A stretch of DNA of 64,000 nucleotides from an uncultured Ignavibacteriales bacterium (GTDB lineage: Bacteria; Zixibacteria; MSB-5A5; GN15; FEB-12): positions 3,472 to 67,471 of the forward strand of contig CAZVUZ010000001.1 of assembly GCA_964630485.1 (NCBI GenBank), given 5' to 3'. Both the position numbers and the translations under genes were made by a program. Each line of letters opens with the position of its first letter. The stretch's first letter is position 1. Below are positions 27,879 to 37,053 of the stretch, piece after piece. The notes below the pieces were generated by a model. That model did not search any database, had not been told where the DNA came from, and saw only the letters and a program-made list of their open reading frames with translations.

Positions 27879-28735
27879 TGACTACAGCAGAGAAACCCAA
27901 GGCCGCAAAGCAGAAGTCGGATGTCATCCTTAGTTACCTGCGGCCGAAGAAGAAGTTCCCGAGTGTCTGGTGTGCCGGCTGCGGCAATGGCGTGGTGATG
28001 AGCGCCATCGTCCGGGCTATTGACAAGTTGAATCTTTCGAAGGATGACGTCGTTCTTGTCTCCGGTATCGGCTGCACCAGCCGTATGCCCATGTACATGG
28101 ACTTCAGCAGCCTGCACACGACTCACGGCCGCGCCCTGCCGTTCGCAACCGGTGTGAAATTTGCCAAGCCGAACATGAAAGTTATCATTATCACCGGTGA
28201 CGGCGATTCGCTTGCCATCGGTGGTAACCATTTCATTCATGCCTGCCGACGCAATATCGATTTGACGGCGATCCTCATTAACAATTACATCTATGGTATG
28301 ACCGGCGGCCAGGGATCCCCCACGACTCCGTCGAAGGCCTTCTCCACGACGACCCCTTACGGCAATGTCGAAAAGCACTTCGACCCCTGCCGTCTGGCCG
28401 AGGCGGCGGGAGCAAGTTTCGTCGGACGGTCCACAGTCTACCACACGCCGCAGCTGGAGAAACTCATCTCGCAGGCCGTGAGTCATCGCGGCTTTTCACT
28501 GGTTGAAGTGATCTCCAACTGCCACACGTATTTCGGGCGTCTCAATCGCCAGGGCGATCCGGTCGCCATGCTCAAGATGTTCAAGGAGAATTCGGTGACC
28601 ACAGCCAAGGCCAAGGACATGAGTCCCGAAGAACTCAAGGACAAGTATGTCATAGGAACCCTGCACGAGGACGATCGCACCGAATTCTGTGATGAGTATC
28701 AGAAAGTGGTCGACGCCCATCTGGGAGAAAAGTAG
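27875..28735 (+). CDS. korB: 2-oxoglutarate:ferredoxin oxidoreductase beta (TPP-binding) subunit
   Basis: WCAGCGNG, GIGC and the TPP motif ITGDGDSLAIGGNH. ATGA overlap with the alpha subunit. Confidence 0.9.
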   Translation: MMTTAEKPKAAKQKSDVILSYLRPKKKFPSVWCAGCGNGVVMSAIVRAIDKLNLSKDDVVLVSGIGCTSRMPMYMDFSSLHTTHGRALPFATGVKFAKPNMKVIIITGDGDSLAIGGNHFIHACRRNIDLTAILINNYIYGMTGGQGSPTTPSKAFSTTTPYGNVEKHFDPCRLAEAAGASFVGRSTVYHTPQLEKLISQAVSHRGFSLVEVISNCHTYFGRLNRQGDPVAMLKMFKENSVTTAKAKDMSPEELKDKYVIGTLHEDDRTEFCDEYQKVVDAHLGEK

Positions 28736-28737
28736 AC

Positions 28738-29316
28738 ATGGCGCATAAGTTGCTCGATAGTATAGAGATCCCCCACGACCGCTTTGAGGTCCGGCTGTCC
28801 GGATCCGGAGGGCAGGGGATGATTCTGGCGTCGGTGATTCTCGCCGAGGCCATTGGCAAGGACTATTCCAAGAACGTAGTGCAGACACAGTCCTACGGCC
28901 CCGAGGCCCGCGGCGGTGCCTCCAAGTCGGATGTGGTGGTCTCGACCAACGAGATCTATTACCCCAAGGCTATCAAACTCGATATGCTTCTGGCCATGAC
29001 CCAGGAGTCGTGCGATAAGTACTATCCCGATCTCCGCGAAGACGGTGTCCTCATCGTCGATACCGGCCTGGTCACGGATGTACCCACGAAGGATTTCTAC
29101 GGTTTGGAATTCACGCACCTTGCCCGCGAGGAAGCCGGTCACATTATGGTGGCGAACGCGATTGCCCTGGGAGCAATCGCCGCTTTCACGGGTATCGTGT
29201 CAAAAGAAGACCTCACCGAGGCTGTCCTTAAGAGAGCCCCCCGCGGAACCGAAGACAAGAACCGCGCCGCGGTTGAAATCGGTTTCAGGGAAGCCCTGAA
29301 GATTAAAAAGGATTGA
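28738..29316 (+). CDS. korC: 2-oxoglutarate:ferredoxin oxidoreductase gamma subunit
   Basis: GSGGQGMILASVILAEA, and SYGPEARGGASKSDVVVS typical of OFOR gamma subunits. Confidence 0.85.
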   Translation: MAHKLLDSIEIPHDRFEVRLSGSGGQGMILASVILAEAIGKDYSKNVVQTQSYGPEARGGASKSDVVVSTNEIYYPKAIKLDMLLAMTQESCDKYYPDLREDGVLIVDTGLVTDVPTKDFYGLEFTHLAREEAGHIMVANAIALGAIAAFTGIVSKEDLTEAVLKRAPRGTEDKNRAAVEIGFREALKIKKD

Positions 29317-29344
29317 TTGCCCCGGGCAAGTTGGAGGCATTGAT

Positions 29345-29746
29345 TTGAGTCGTACTTTGTTGATAGTCAAGCCGGATGCCACCGAGCGGAGGCTTATCGG
29401 CCATATTCTCGGTCGCCTGGAGCGTGCCGGATTCATGATCGCGGCCATGCGCATGACGAGGCTTTCCGAGGCGGACGCCCGGCGCTTTTACGCGGTTCAT
29501 GAAGGCAAACCGTTCCTCGATGACCTGGTCGAGTTCATGATGTCGGCGCCGGTGGTACCGATTCTGCTTGAGAAAGACAACGCCGTCGAGGATCTCCGGA
29601 CACTGATAGGCGCCACTGACCCGTCCAAAGCGGCCTGTGGCACCATCCGTCAGGAGATCGCTGTAGACATCCAGCGAAACTCTGTTCATGCCTCCGACTC
29701 GGATGAGAACGCCACCAAAGAAATCGCGTTCTTTTTCCAGGATTGA
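29345..29746 (+). CDS. ndk: Nucleoside diphosphate kinase
   Basis: TLLIVKPDA, and the NSVHASDS active-site His region. TTG start lies 7 nt after a GGAGG RBS. Confidence 0.9.
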   Translation: MSRTLLIVKPDATERRLIGHILGRLERAGFMIAAMRMTRLSEADARRFYAVHEGKPFLDDLVEFMMSAPVVPILLEKDNAVEDLRTLIGATDPSKAACGTIRQEIAVDIQRNSVHASDSDENATKEIAFFFQD

Positions 29747-29871
29747 TATATATCGGGCCGGCTTCCGGTCGGCCCGACTTCGAATTGTCAACCTCCATGT
29801 CAACCGGTCGGTATCCCTGATCCCGCGCCGGGGCATGGCGTTCATTGTAACTAATCGGGGCTCGTGCTCGA

Positions 29872-31107
29872 ATGGGATCGACCTTGAACATTGAACTCAG
29901 ATACGGTCAGGGAAAACTCAGCGTTTCCCTGCCGCAGACGTTTAAGGTCGATGAATTCTCGCCCGCAACCGTCTCTGCCGGGCCCGCCTTCGCTGACTTT
30001 CGATCAGAATTCGAAAATGCCGGGGGGGAGGCCCTGCTGGCCGCCCACGAGCCCCTGGTCATTGTCAACGACGCCTGCCGAACTACCCCGACCATGTCGA
30101 TTCTGGAGTGGATCGATAAAATTGATCCAGGCTTTATTGACCGGGCGCGATTCCTGATTGCCACCGGCAGTCACAGGGCGCCCACCGAGGATCAACTGAA
30201 TTTCGTTTTGGGCCGTTTTCTCTCACGCCTCGCCGGTCGGCTGAGTGTCCATGACGCTCGCGACAACGATAGCATGGTGTCACTGGGCCGAGATGGTTTC
30301 GGGGCGGAGGTCCTGCTTAACCGGCAGGTGTTAGACTATCATCCGACGCTGGTTATCGGTTCGGTCGAGCCGCATTATTTCGCCGGCTACACGGGAGGAC
30401 GCAAGGCGTTTTTCCCGGGACTAACCGACCTGGCCACGATCGAGCGCAACCACAACCTGGCCAATTCGATGGCGGCGATGCCGCTGCGCCTGGACGGTAA
30501 CCCCGTGGCCGAACACCTCGATGAACTCATGGCGATGGTGGATATTCAAGACGTGATGAGTATCCAGATGGTGTTGGACGCTTCGCAGGATCTTGCCGGC
30601 GTGATGTGTGGCTCATTGGCGGAGTCGTTCGCACGTGGTGTCACGATGGCCGAAGAGGTATTTGCCCATCGGGTGGAGGTGCCCTACGACATAATATTTT
30701 GCGAGGTTCTGCCGCCGCTGGACGAGAATCTCTACCAGGTGCAGAAGGCGCTGGAGAACAGCTCACGGGCGGTTCGCGACGGCGGCGCGGTGGTGCTCGT
30801 CTCGGCCTGCGCCGAAGGAATCGGTTCGCAGGCTTTTTACGAACTGGCCGACCACTGGGACGCCGAGGCCAACCGACCGACCGACGGCCGCCTTCGCTTC
30901 GGCTCGCACAAACTCTCGCGAGTGAATGCCACCCGTCGTCGCATCGGCGTTTACCTGCACAGCGAGCTGTCGGCGGTTCAGGTGCGCCGGGTATACTATG
31001 AACCACTTGACAATCTCTCGGAATTGTCTTTTATAGCAGGGAATATCAATGAAGAGTACAGGGTAGCTATTGTTCGAGATGCTGGAAATACAGTTCTTTA
31101 TTTATAA
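29872..31107 (+). CDS. LarA-family (nickel-pincer cofactor dependent) 2-hydroxyacid racemase/epimerase homologue
   Basis: DUF2088-type N-domain with TGSHR, SVEPHYFAGYTGGRKAF (cofactor-tethering Lys context) and ERNHN. These match the LarA catalytic and cofactor-binding positions by motif. Confidence 0.75.
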   Translation: MGSTLNIELRYGQGKLSVSLPQTFKVDEFSPATVSAGPAFADFRSEFENAGGEALLAAHEPLVIVNDACRTTPTMSILEWIDKIDPGFIDRARFLIATGSHRAPTEDQLNFVLGRFLSRLAGRLSVHDARDNDSMVSLGRDGFGAEVLLNRQVLDYHPTLVIGSVEPHYFAGYTGGRKAFFPGLTDLATIERNHNLANSMAAMPLRLDGNPVAEHLDELMAMVDIQDVMSIQMVLDASQDLAGVMCGSLAESFARGVTMAEEVFAHRVEVPYDIIFCEVLPPLDENLYQVQKALENSSRAVRDGGAVVLVSACAEGIGSQAFYELADHWDAEANRPTDGRLRFGSHKLSRVNATRRRIGVYLHSELSAVQVRRVYYEPLDNLSELSFIAGNINEEYRVAIVRDAGNTVLYL

Positions 31108-31137
31108 ACGCAACAGTTCTATAACAGTCTGGAGGTA

Positions 31138-32067
31138 TTGATGAACAAGAAGATCGCTGTCATCGGTGCGGGAAATGTTGGCGCCACATGTGCCATGTAT
31201 CTGGCCGAAGCCAATTTCGCCGACGTGGTAATGGTTGACATTATTGACGGTGTTCCCCAGGGAAAGGGACTCGACCTCAGCCAGGCCGGACCGGTTCGCG
31301 GTTACAACGCCATGGTCAAGGGATCCAACCGCTACACTGATATCAAGGGAGCCGACATCGTTATCATGACGGCCGGCCTGCCGCGCAAACCGGGTATGTC
31401 GCGCGAAGATCTCCTTAAGACGAATGCCGATATCATCAAGACCGTCGGTAAGAACATCAAGAAGTATGCTCCCAAGAGCTTCGTCATTATGGTATCCAAC
31501 CCGCTCGACCTGATGACCTTCCATATGCAGAAGGCGACCGGATTCCCGAAGAACCGCGTCTTTGGCCAGGCCGGGGTGCTGGATTCGATCCGCTTCCGGG
31601 CTTTCATTGCGATGGAGCTGGGCGTGGCCATGACCGACACCCAGGCCATGGTTCTCGGCGGCCACGGCGACACCATGGTGCCGCTGCCGCGTTACACCAC
31701 CGTGGCGGGTATCCCGATCGGTGAACTTATGCCCGCTGATCGCATCAAGGCCCTTGCCGACCGTACCCGTGTGGGCGGTGGTGAAATCGTCAAGCTGCTC
31801 AAGACCGGTTCGGCTTATTATGCTCCGGCGGCGGCTACCGTCAACATGTGCCGTGCGGTATTCAATGACGAAAAGAAGGTGCTGCCGGCCTCGGCGTATC
31901 TTACCGGCCAGTACGGTATCAAGGACATCTACATCGGCGTCCCGGTGGTTCTCGGCGCCAGGGGTGTGGAGAAGATTCTTGAACTCAAGCTCAACAAGAG
32001 CGAGTTGAAGGCGCTTCAGACCTCGGCCAGGACTTACAAGAAACACCTCAAGATTCTCGGCCACTAA
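31138..32067 (+). CDS. mdh: Malate dehydrogenase (LDH-like type)
   Basis: [27 protein letters not shown] and GGHGDTMVP motifs. Confidence 0.93.
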   Translation: MMNKKIAVIGAGNVGATCAMYLAEANFADVVMVDIIDGVPQGKGLDLSQAGPVRGYNAMVKGSNRYTDIKGADIVIMTAGLPRKPGMSREDLLKTNADIIKTVGKNIKKYAPKSFVIMVSNPLDLMTFHMQKATGFPKNRVFGQAGVLDSIRFRAFIAMELGVAMTDTQAMVLGGHGDTMVPLPRYTTVAGIPIGELMPADRIKALADRTRVGGGEIVKLLKTGSAYYAPAAATVNMCRAVFNDEKKVLPASAYLTGQYGIKDIYIGVPVVLGARGVEKILELKLNKSELKALQTSARTYKKHLKILGH

Positions 32068-32087
32068 GAACTGCTAAAGGAGACGAA

Positions 32088-33332
32088 ATGGCAGGATATA
32101 TACACATAGAGGTCCCCGAGAAGGGTCAGCGCATAACCGTCAAGAACAAGAAATTGGTGGTGCCCAACCGACCGATCATTCCCGTCATCGAAGGTGACGG
32201 AATCGGACGGGATATCTCGAAAGCCACTCGCCGCGTCGTCGATGCGGCCGTCAAGAAGGCTTACAATGGTCGCAAGCGCATTGCCTGGATGGACGTCTAT
32301 GCCGGCGAAAAGGCCAACGAACTCTACGGCGAATGGATGCCGCAGGAGACCTTTGATGCCATCAAGAAGTACGTTGTGGCCCTCAAGGGTCCTCTGACCA
32401 CGCCCATCGGCGGCGGCTTCCGTTCCCTGAACGTCACTTTGCGACAGGTGCTGAATCTCTACGCCTGCGTGCGTCCCGTGCGCTGGTTCAAGGGTGTCGG
32501 CTCGCCGGTCGTGCACCCGGAGAAGCTCAATGTCATCATCTTCCGTGAGAACACCGAGGATGTCTACGCCGGGATCGAGTGGCGCAAGGGCAGCAAGGAA
32601 GTCAAGAAGGTCATCAACTGGCTGAACAAGAACATGAAGACTTCCATCCGTGCCGACTCCGGTATCGGAATCAAGCCGATTTCCGTTACCGGGACCAAAC
32701 GCCTGGTACGTAAGGCCATCAAACACGCCATCGCGAAGAAACTGCCGTCGGTGACCCTCGTACACAAGGGTAATATCATGAAGTACACCGAAGGCGCTTT
32801 CCGCGACTGGGGATACCAGGTGGCGATTTCCGAGTTCCGTAACAAGATCGTCACCGAGGACGAGCTCTGGTCGAAGTACAACGGCAAGATGCCGAAAGGT
32901 AAAGTCCTCATCAAGGATCGTATTGCCGATTCGATTTTCCAGCAGGTCCTCACCCGTCCGACCGAGTACAGCGTGCTGGCCACGCCCAATCTCAACGGCG
33001 ATTTTCTGTCCGATGCCTGCGCGGCCCAGGTCGGCGGTCTCGGCATGGCTCCCGGAGCCAACATCGGTGATTATATCGGTCTCTTTGAGGCGACTCACGG
33101 CACGGCGCCGAAGTATGCCGACAAGGATGTGATCAACCCCGGCTCACTGATTCTGTCGGCGGTCATGATGCTCGAATACCTCGGCTGGGGCAAGGCGGGC
33201 GAATTGATCGAAAAGGCGATCGCGAAGACCATCAATAAGAAGACCGTTACATACGACCTGCATCGTCAGATGAAGGGCGCGAAAAAGATCGGCACCTCGC
33301 AGTTCGCGACGCAGATCATAAGCAATATGTAG
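32088..33332 (+). CDS. icd: NADP-dependent isocitrate dehydrogenase
   Basis: 414 aa with [22 protein letters not shown] and GTAPKYA motifs. Confidence 0.95.
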   Translation: MAGYIHIEVPEKGQRITVKNKKLVVPNRPIIPVIEGDGIGRDISKATRRVVDAAVKKAYNGRKRIAWMDVYAGEKANELYGEWMPQETFDAIKKYVVALKGPLTTPIGGGFRSLNVTLRQVLNLYACVRPVRWFKGVGSPVVHPEKLNVIIFRENTEDVYAGIEWRKGSKEVKKVINWLNKNMKTSIRADSGIGIKPISVTGTKRLVRKAIKHAIAKKLPSVTLVHKGNIMKYTEGAFRDWGYQVAISEFRNKIVTEDELWSKYNGKMPKGKVLIKDRIADSIFQQVLTRPTEYSVLATPNLNGDFLSDACAAQVGGLGMAPGANIGDYIGLFEATHGTAPKYADKDVINPGSLILSAVMMLEYLGWGKAGELIEKAIAKTINKKTVTYDLHRQMKGAKKIGTSQFATQIISNM

Positions 33333-33359
33333 CAGTTTTTCCGTTCGACATTTACAGAA

Positions 33360-33387
33360 GGAAGGCGACGGCGCCTTCCTTTTTTTT
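33360..33387 (+). terminator. Rho-independent terminator after icd
   Basis: Stem ggaaggcg / cgccttcc with a 4-nt loop, followed by eight T. Confidence 0.7.
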
Positions 33388-33441
33388 GTTGGCTAAAGTT
33401 GCCCCGGTGGTTTCGTTGCGGCAAACGAAAGGAGCTATCCG

Positions 33442-33828
33442 GTGGAATTTCTAATTTTGCTGATCGTGACCCTGGCTATCTCGGTGACAGTGGCCCTGCT
33501 CGTAATATTTTTCTTTCGCCGCCCGGTCGACAAGATTTTTGCCCGTGTTATCGGTGATGAGATATCCATCGCCTGGCGTAAATTCCTGACCTTCGCGCTT
33601 TTCGTCGTCGGCGTTTCCTCGGGCGTGAGCCTTTACAAACTTGAGAGGTTCGTTGCTCCCCTTGGTGAGGGCGCCGTCCGACCGGAACTGACGCCGGAGT
33701 ACTGGGGACTGGAAGTATACCGGACCATTATTAATACGCTCGGGGGAATGGCCTGGGCCCTGCTCATCTTTTTCGTCGTGGCCCTGATCGCCTTCGTCAT
33801 TTCAAGGAAGAAGGAAGTTCGAACCTGA
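33442..33828 (+). CDS. Small membrane protein of unknown function
   Basis: GTG start 6 nt after an AGGAG RBS. Three predicted hydrophobic helices; no recognisable family. Confidence 0.45.
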   Translation: MEFLILLIVTLAISVTVALLVIFFFRRPVDKIFARVIGDEISIAWRKFLTFALFVVGVSSGVSLYKLERFVAPLGEGAVRPELTPEYWGLEVYRTIINTLGGMAWALLIFFVVALIAFVISRKKEVRT

Positions 33829-33857
33829 GCGGTTGCTGAGATCCTGCTGAAAACGAA

Positions 33858-33883
33858 AAGGCCCGGTATTGCTACCGGGCCTT
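33858..33883 (-). terminator. Hairpin terminator downstream of ackA, in a convergent gap
   Basis: 11-bp stem aaggcccggta / taccgggcctt with a 4-nt loop. On the - strand it is followed by cttttcgtttt. Confidence 0.5.
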
Positions 33884-33918
33884 AATGTATTCATGAGTGT
33901 ATGTGGCGGGCGTCAGGT

Positions 33919-35127
33919 TCAGGCGCCTTCGCCTTCGACAATGCGTTTGGTGTCGCGGGCGATGACCAGTTCCTCGTTGGTGGGAATCACCAGCACGCGG
34001 ACTTTGCTGTCGTCGGTGGCGATGTCCATTTCCTTGCCGTTAGCCGCAGCGTTTTTGTCCTCGTCGATCTCGATGCCGAGATACTTGAGCCCTTCGCACG
34101 CCTGTGAGCGGGTCAGGGGAGAGTTCTCGCCTACGCCGGCCGTAAAGACCACCGCATCGAGGCCGCCCATGGCCGCCGAGTAACTGCCGATGTATTTTCG
34201 CAGTCGGTAGCTGTAAACGTCAAGCGCCAGTTTTGCGTTGGCGTTACCTTCCTTCACTGCCTCTTCGATTTCACGCATATCGGACGACACACCCGAGATC
34301 CCGGCGATGCCGGAGTGCTTGTTCAGCAGGGTATTGGCCTCATGGAGCGAAAGTTCCTCGCGGGCCATGATGTGCAGGATAATGGCCGGGTCGAGATCGC
34401 CCGAGCGCGTACCCATCAGCAGTCCCTCGAGGGGGGTGAACCCCATGGAGGTATCAACCGACACGCCACCGTTTACTGCGGCCACGGAAGCGCCGTTGCC
34501 GAGATGACAGGTAATGGTCCTGACCTCTTCGTAGGGCCGTCCGAGCATGGCTGCCGCGCGCTCGCTTACGAAGCGGTGCGACATGCCGTGAAAGCCGTAA
34601 CGGCGTATACCGTAACGCTTGTAGAGCACATAGGGGATACCGTAGATATAGGCATGGGGCGGCATCTCGTGGTGAAAGGCGGTGTCGAAAACGGCCACCT
34701 GCGGGATGCCTGGAAGAGTTTTCTCGCAGGCGTTTATACCCCGGATATTGTGGGGGTTGTGCAGCGGGGCCAGGTCGATAAGCGAACGCAGGGTACCCAT
34801 CAGTTCGGGCGTGATCAGCACCGAGTCGGCGAACTGCTCGCCGCCGTGAACTACCCGGTGTCCGATAGCGCCGATTTCAGAGCTGTCTTTGATTACGCCG
34901 TGGTTCTCGGAAAGAAGCATGGAGACGACGTACTCGATGGCCACGATGTGGTCGAGTATGTCGCCGGTGACTTTCACTTCAGGGCGATCGTGCGGCTTGT
35001 GGGTCAGCACGGCACCGGACATGCCGATGCGGGCGACCATGCCCTTGGCCAGTGATTTTTCGGTGTCGGTGTCGATCAGCTGATACTTGACCGATGATGA
35101 TCCGCAGTTGATTACGAGGGTTTTCAT
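33919..35127 (-). CDS. ackA: Acetate kinase
   Basis: MKTLVINCGSSSVKYQL, AIGHRVVHGG and FDTAFHH motifs. Confidence 0.95.
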   Translation of the reverse strand: MKTLVINCGSSSVKYQLIDTDTEKSLAKGMVARIGMSGAVLTHKPHDRPEVKVTGDILDHIVAIEYVVSMLLSENHGVIKDSSEIGAIGHRVVHGGEQFADSVLITPELMGTLRSLIDLAPLHNPHNIRGINACEKTLPGIPQVAVFDTAFHHEMPPHAYIYGIPYVLYKRYGIRRYGFHGMSHRFVSERAAAMLGRPYEEVRTITCHLGNGASVAAVNGGVSVDTSMGFTPLEGLLMGTRSGDLDPAIILHIMAREELSLHEANTLLNKHSGIAGISGVSSDMREIEEAVKEGNANAKLALDVYSYRLRKYIGSYSAAMGGLDAVVFTAGVGENSPLTRSQACEGLKYLGIEIDEDKNAAANGKEMDIATDDSKVRVLVIPTNEELVIARDTKRIVEGEGA

Positions 35128-36032
35128 GATTGGTCACCTCCCTCGTTGTTTCCCGAATCATCTATAAGGCGATTGCCTTCCTTGTCGTAACGGAAGAAGC
35201 CTCGGCCGGTTTTGACGCCGAGACGTCCGGCCCGGACCATTTTGCGCAAGAGCGGGCAGGGGTTGTACTTGTGCTCGGACAACTCGTCGATCAGGTTTTC
35301 CATCCAGGACATGACCACGTCAAGGCCCATCATATCGGCCAGCGCCAGCGGACCGACGTTGAACCCGAAACCGAGCTTCATGGCCTTATCGATGTCCTCA
35401 GCGGTGGCTACACCCTCCATGAGGACGTGCATGGCCTCGTTGAGCAGCGGCACGATAATGCGTGTGGTCACATAGCCGGGATACTCGTTGACCGTAATAT
35501 ATTTCTTGTTCAGCAACGAGGCGAACTCGACGGCCTTGGCGAAAGTTTCCGCGTCCGTTTTGAGCCCCTTCACGATTTCCACCAGCGGCACCTTGGTAAC
35601 CGGGTTCAGGAAGTGCATACCGATTATCTTGCGTGGCCGGTCGGTGGCGGCGGCGATTTCTGACACCGATACCGTTGAGGAATTGGTGATCAGGACCGCA
35701 TCGGCCCGGCATACCTGGTCGAGCTTCTCAAACAGGGCCTGTTTCTTGTGCAGATCCTCCGGTATACATTCGATCACGATCTCGGCTTCTTCGGCCTGGG
35801 AGAGGTCCGAAGACGGGAAGACCCGGGCCAGAATGGCTCGTTTGTCCGACTGTGTCAGCCCCCATTTGTCGATCTCCCGGTCAATTGACTCGGAGATCCC
35901 CTTCACGCCCCTTTCGGCCAGCTTGGTCGTCTTGTCGATCAAGGTGACTTCAGTACCGGAGGTGGCAATGGCCTCCGCGAGGCCCTGACCCATAACCCCG
36001 GCTCCGATAATGATTATACTGGTATTTGCCAT
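35124..36032 (-). CDS. hbd: 3-hydroxyacyl-CoA / 3-hydroxybutyryl-CoA dehydrogenase
   Basis: IIIIGAGVMGQGLA Rossmann motif, NSSTVSVSEIA, HFLNPV and GPLALADMMGLDV. Overlaps the ackA start by 4 nt. Confidence 0.85.
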   Translation of the reverse strand: MANTSIIIIGAGVMGQGLAEAIATSGTEVTLIDKTTKLAERGVKGISESIDREIDKWGLTQSDKRAILARVFPSSDLSQAEEAEIVIECIPEDLHKKQALFEKLDQVCRADAVLITNSSTVSVSEIAAATDRPRKIIGMHFLNPVTKVPLVEIVKGLKTDAETFAKAVEFASLLNKKYITVNEYPGYVTTRIIVPLLNEAMHVLMEGVATAEDIDKAMKLGFGFNVGPLALADMMGLDVVMSWMENLIDELSEHKYNPCPLLRKMVRAGRLGVKTGRGFFRYDKEGNRLIDDSGNNEGGDQS

Positions 36033-36217
36033 TATGCAATTCCGTCCTTTCAACCCATCACGGCTGTCGCGCAGCCGGTTAAAACCGGCCTTTAATATAG
36101 TCGGTCCTGTAAATCCCGCAACCGCTTATTGGCCATGTTTGTCGCTATTATATAAAAATTCGGCTGTTGGGGCCTTTCTTTGTAGAAGAATTTACAGATC
36201 GGCAGTCGGTAAACTGA

Positions 36218-36246
36218 TTGACAGGCCGTTGCCGGTTGGCTATCTA
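36218..36246 (+). promoter_or_regulatory. Candidate sigma70-type promoter for the 36279 OMP gene
   Basis: TTGACA-N17-TATCTA, 33 nt upstream of the ATG. Sequence match only. Confidence 0.35.
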
Positions 36247-36278
36247 GACGGTGTTAACATCGATTACCGGGAGATAAT

Positions 36279-36959
36279 ATGTCGAGAGCATTGTCATGCC
36301 TTCTTGTGGTGGTGGGGCTGATTATTATAGTGGCCGGAACAATTGAAGCCGGCATTGTAAAAGTAGCTAAAAGGTATAATGTCGTTGATTTCTACGGCGG
36401 CTTTTCCAGTCCCGTGGGCAGTTATGACGGTATCGGAATACTCGATTTTTACGACGAAACGGGAAAACTCGTCGATCTCGATGCCGACGACGTCTACGAT
36501 CAGACTTTTCACCTCGGTTTCAATTATGGTCAGGTAAGAAATGACCGCATCTATGTTGGGGTCGGGTTCAGGTATACCAACATCGACCAGATGGAAGAAT
36601 TCGCGGTTGGTAATCAGGTGTTGAGCATCAATCCGACTCCGAACTTCAATCAGTATGACCTTGAATTCAACGTCAATTTTCACCTGACGCCGGTCTCGCG
36701 GTCGGTTCTGTCTCCATACGTTGGAATGGGCTTTCGGGGCGGTTTAACAGCCATGACTGCCGAGGGAGTGGAATCCGAGAACGAAGCCAATGTTGCCCTG
36801 GCGGGCAATTTTGGACTTGAGGTCAAGCTGTGGGAGTCGGCCAAGAAACGCTCCTTTGTATCGGTAGCCTCGATTAATAGCTATGAGTTCGTGGTCAGTG
36901 GTGACCGCCCGCGGCATTTCAATTTCGGTTTCGGCCTTAAATATTACTTCCGACCCTGA
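36279..36959 (+). CDS. Putative outer-membrane beta-barrel protein
   Basis: Signal-like N-terminus and alternating G/Y/F/N-rich strands (GVGFRYTN, YVGMGFRGG, FGLEVKLW, FGFGLKYYF). Confidence 0.5.
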   Translation: MSRALSCLLVVVGLIIIVAGTIEAGIVKVAKRYNVVDFYGGFSSPVGSYDGIGILDFYDETGKLVDLDADDVYDQTFHLGFNYGQVRNDRIYVGVGFRYTNIDQMEEFAVGNQVLSINPTPNFNQYDLEFNVNFHLTPVSRSVLSPYVGMGFRGGLTAMTAEGVESENEANVALAGNFGLEVKLWESAKKRSFVSVASINSYEFVVSGDRPRHFNFGFGLKYYFRP

Positions 36960-37053
36960 ACCGCGCGGCGGTTTCAAATGTTGCGTCATTAGGTGCCGGC
37001 CACAAGACTCTGGCCGATAGGGTAACAACAACCCGAGGAGTATTGAGAGACAT

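Noticed and set aside
31102-33098. Two adjacent ORFs on the - strand, of 320 aa and 344 aa.
   Set aside because: They are antisense to mdh and icd respectively, both of which are highly conserved on the + strand. Neither has motifs. The same reasoning applies to 20469-21473, 52044-53141, 55686-56429, 59951-60868, 10911-11696, 12390-13211, 62612-63358 and the + strand ORF 34315-35055 opposite ackA.
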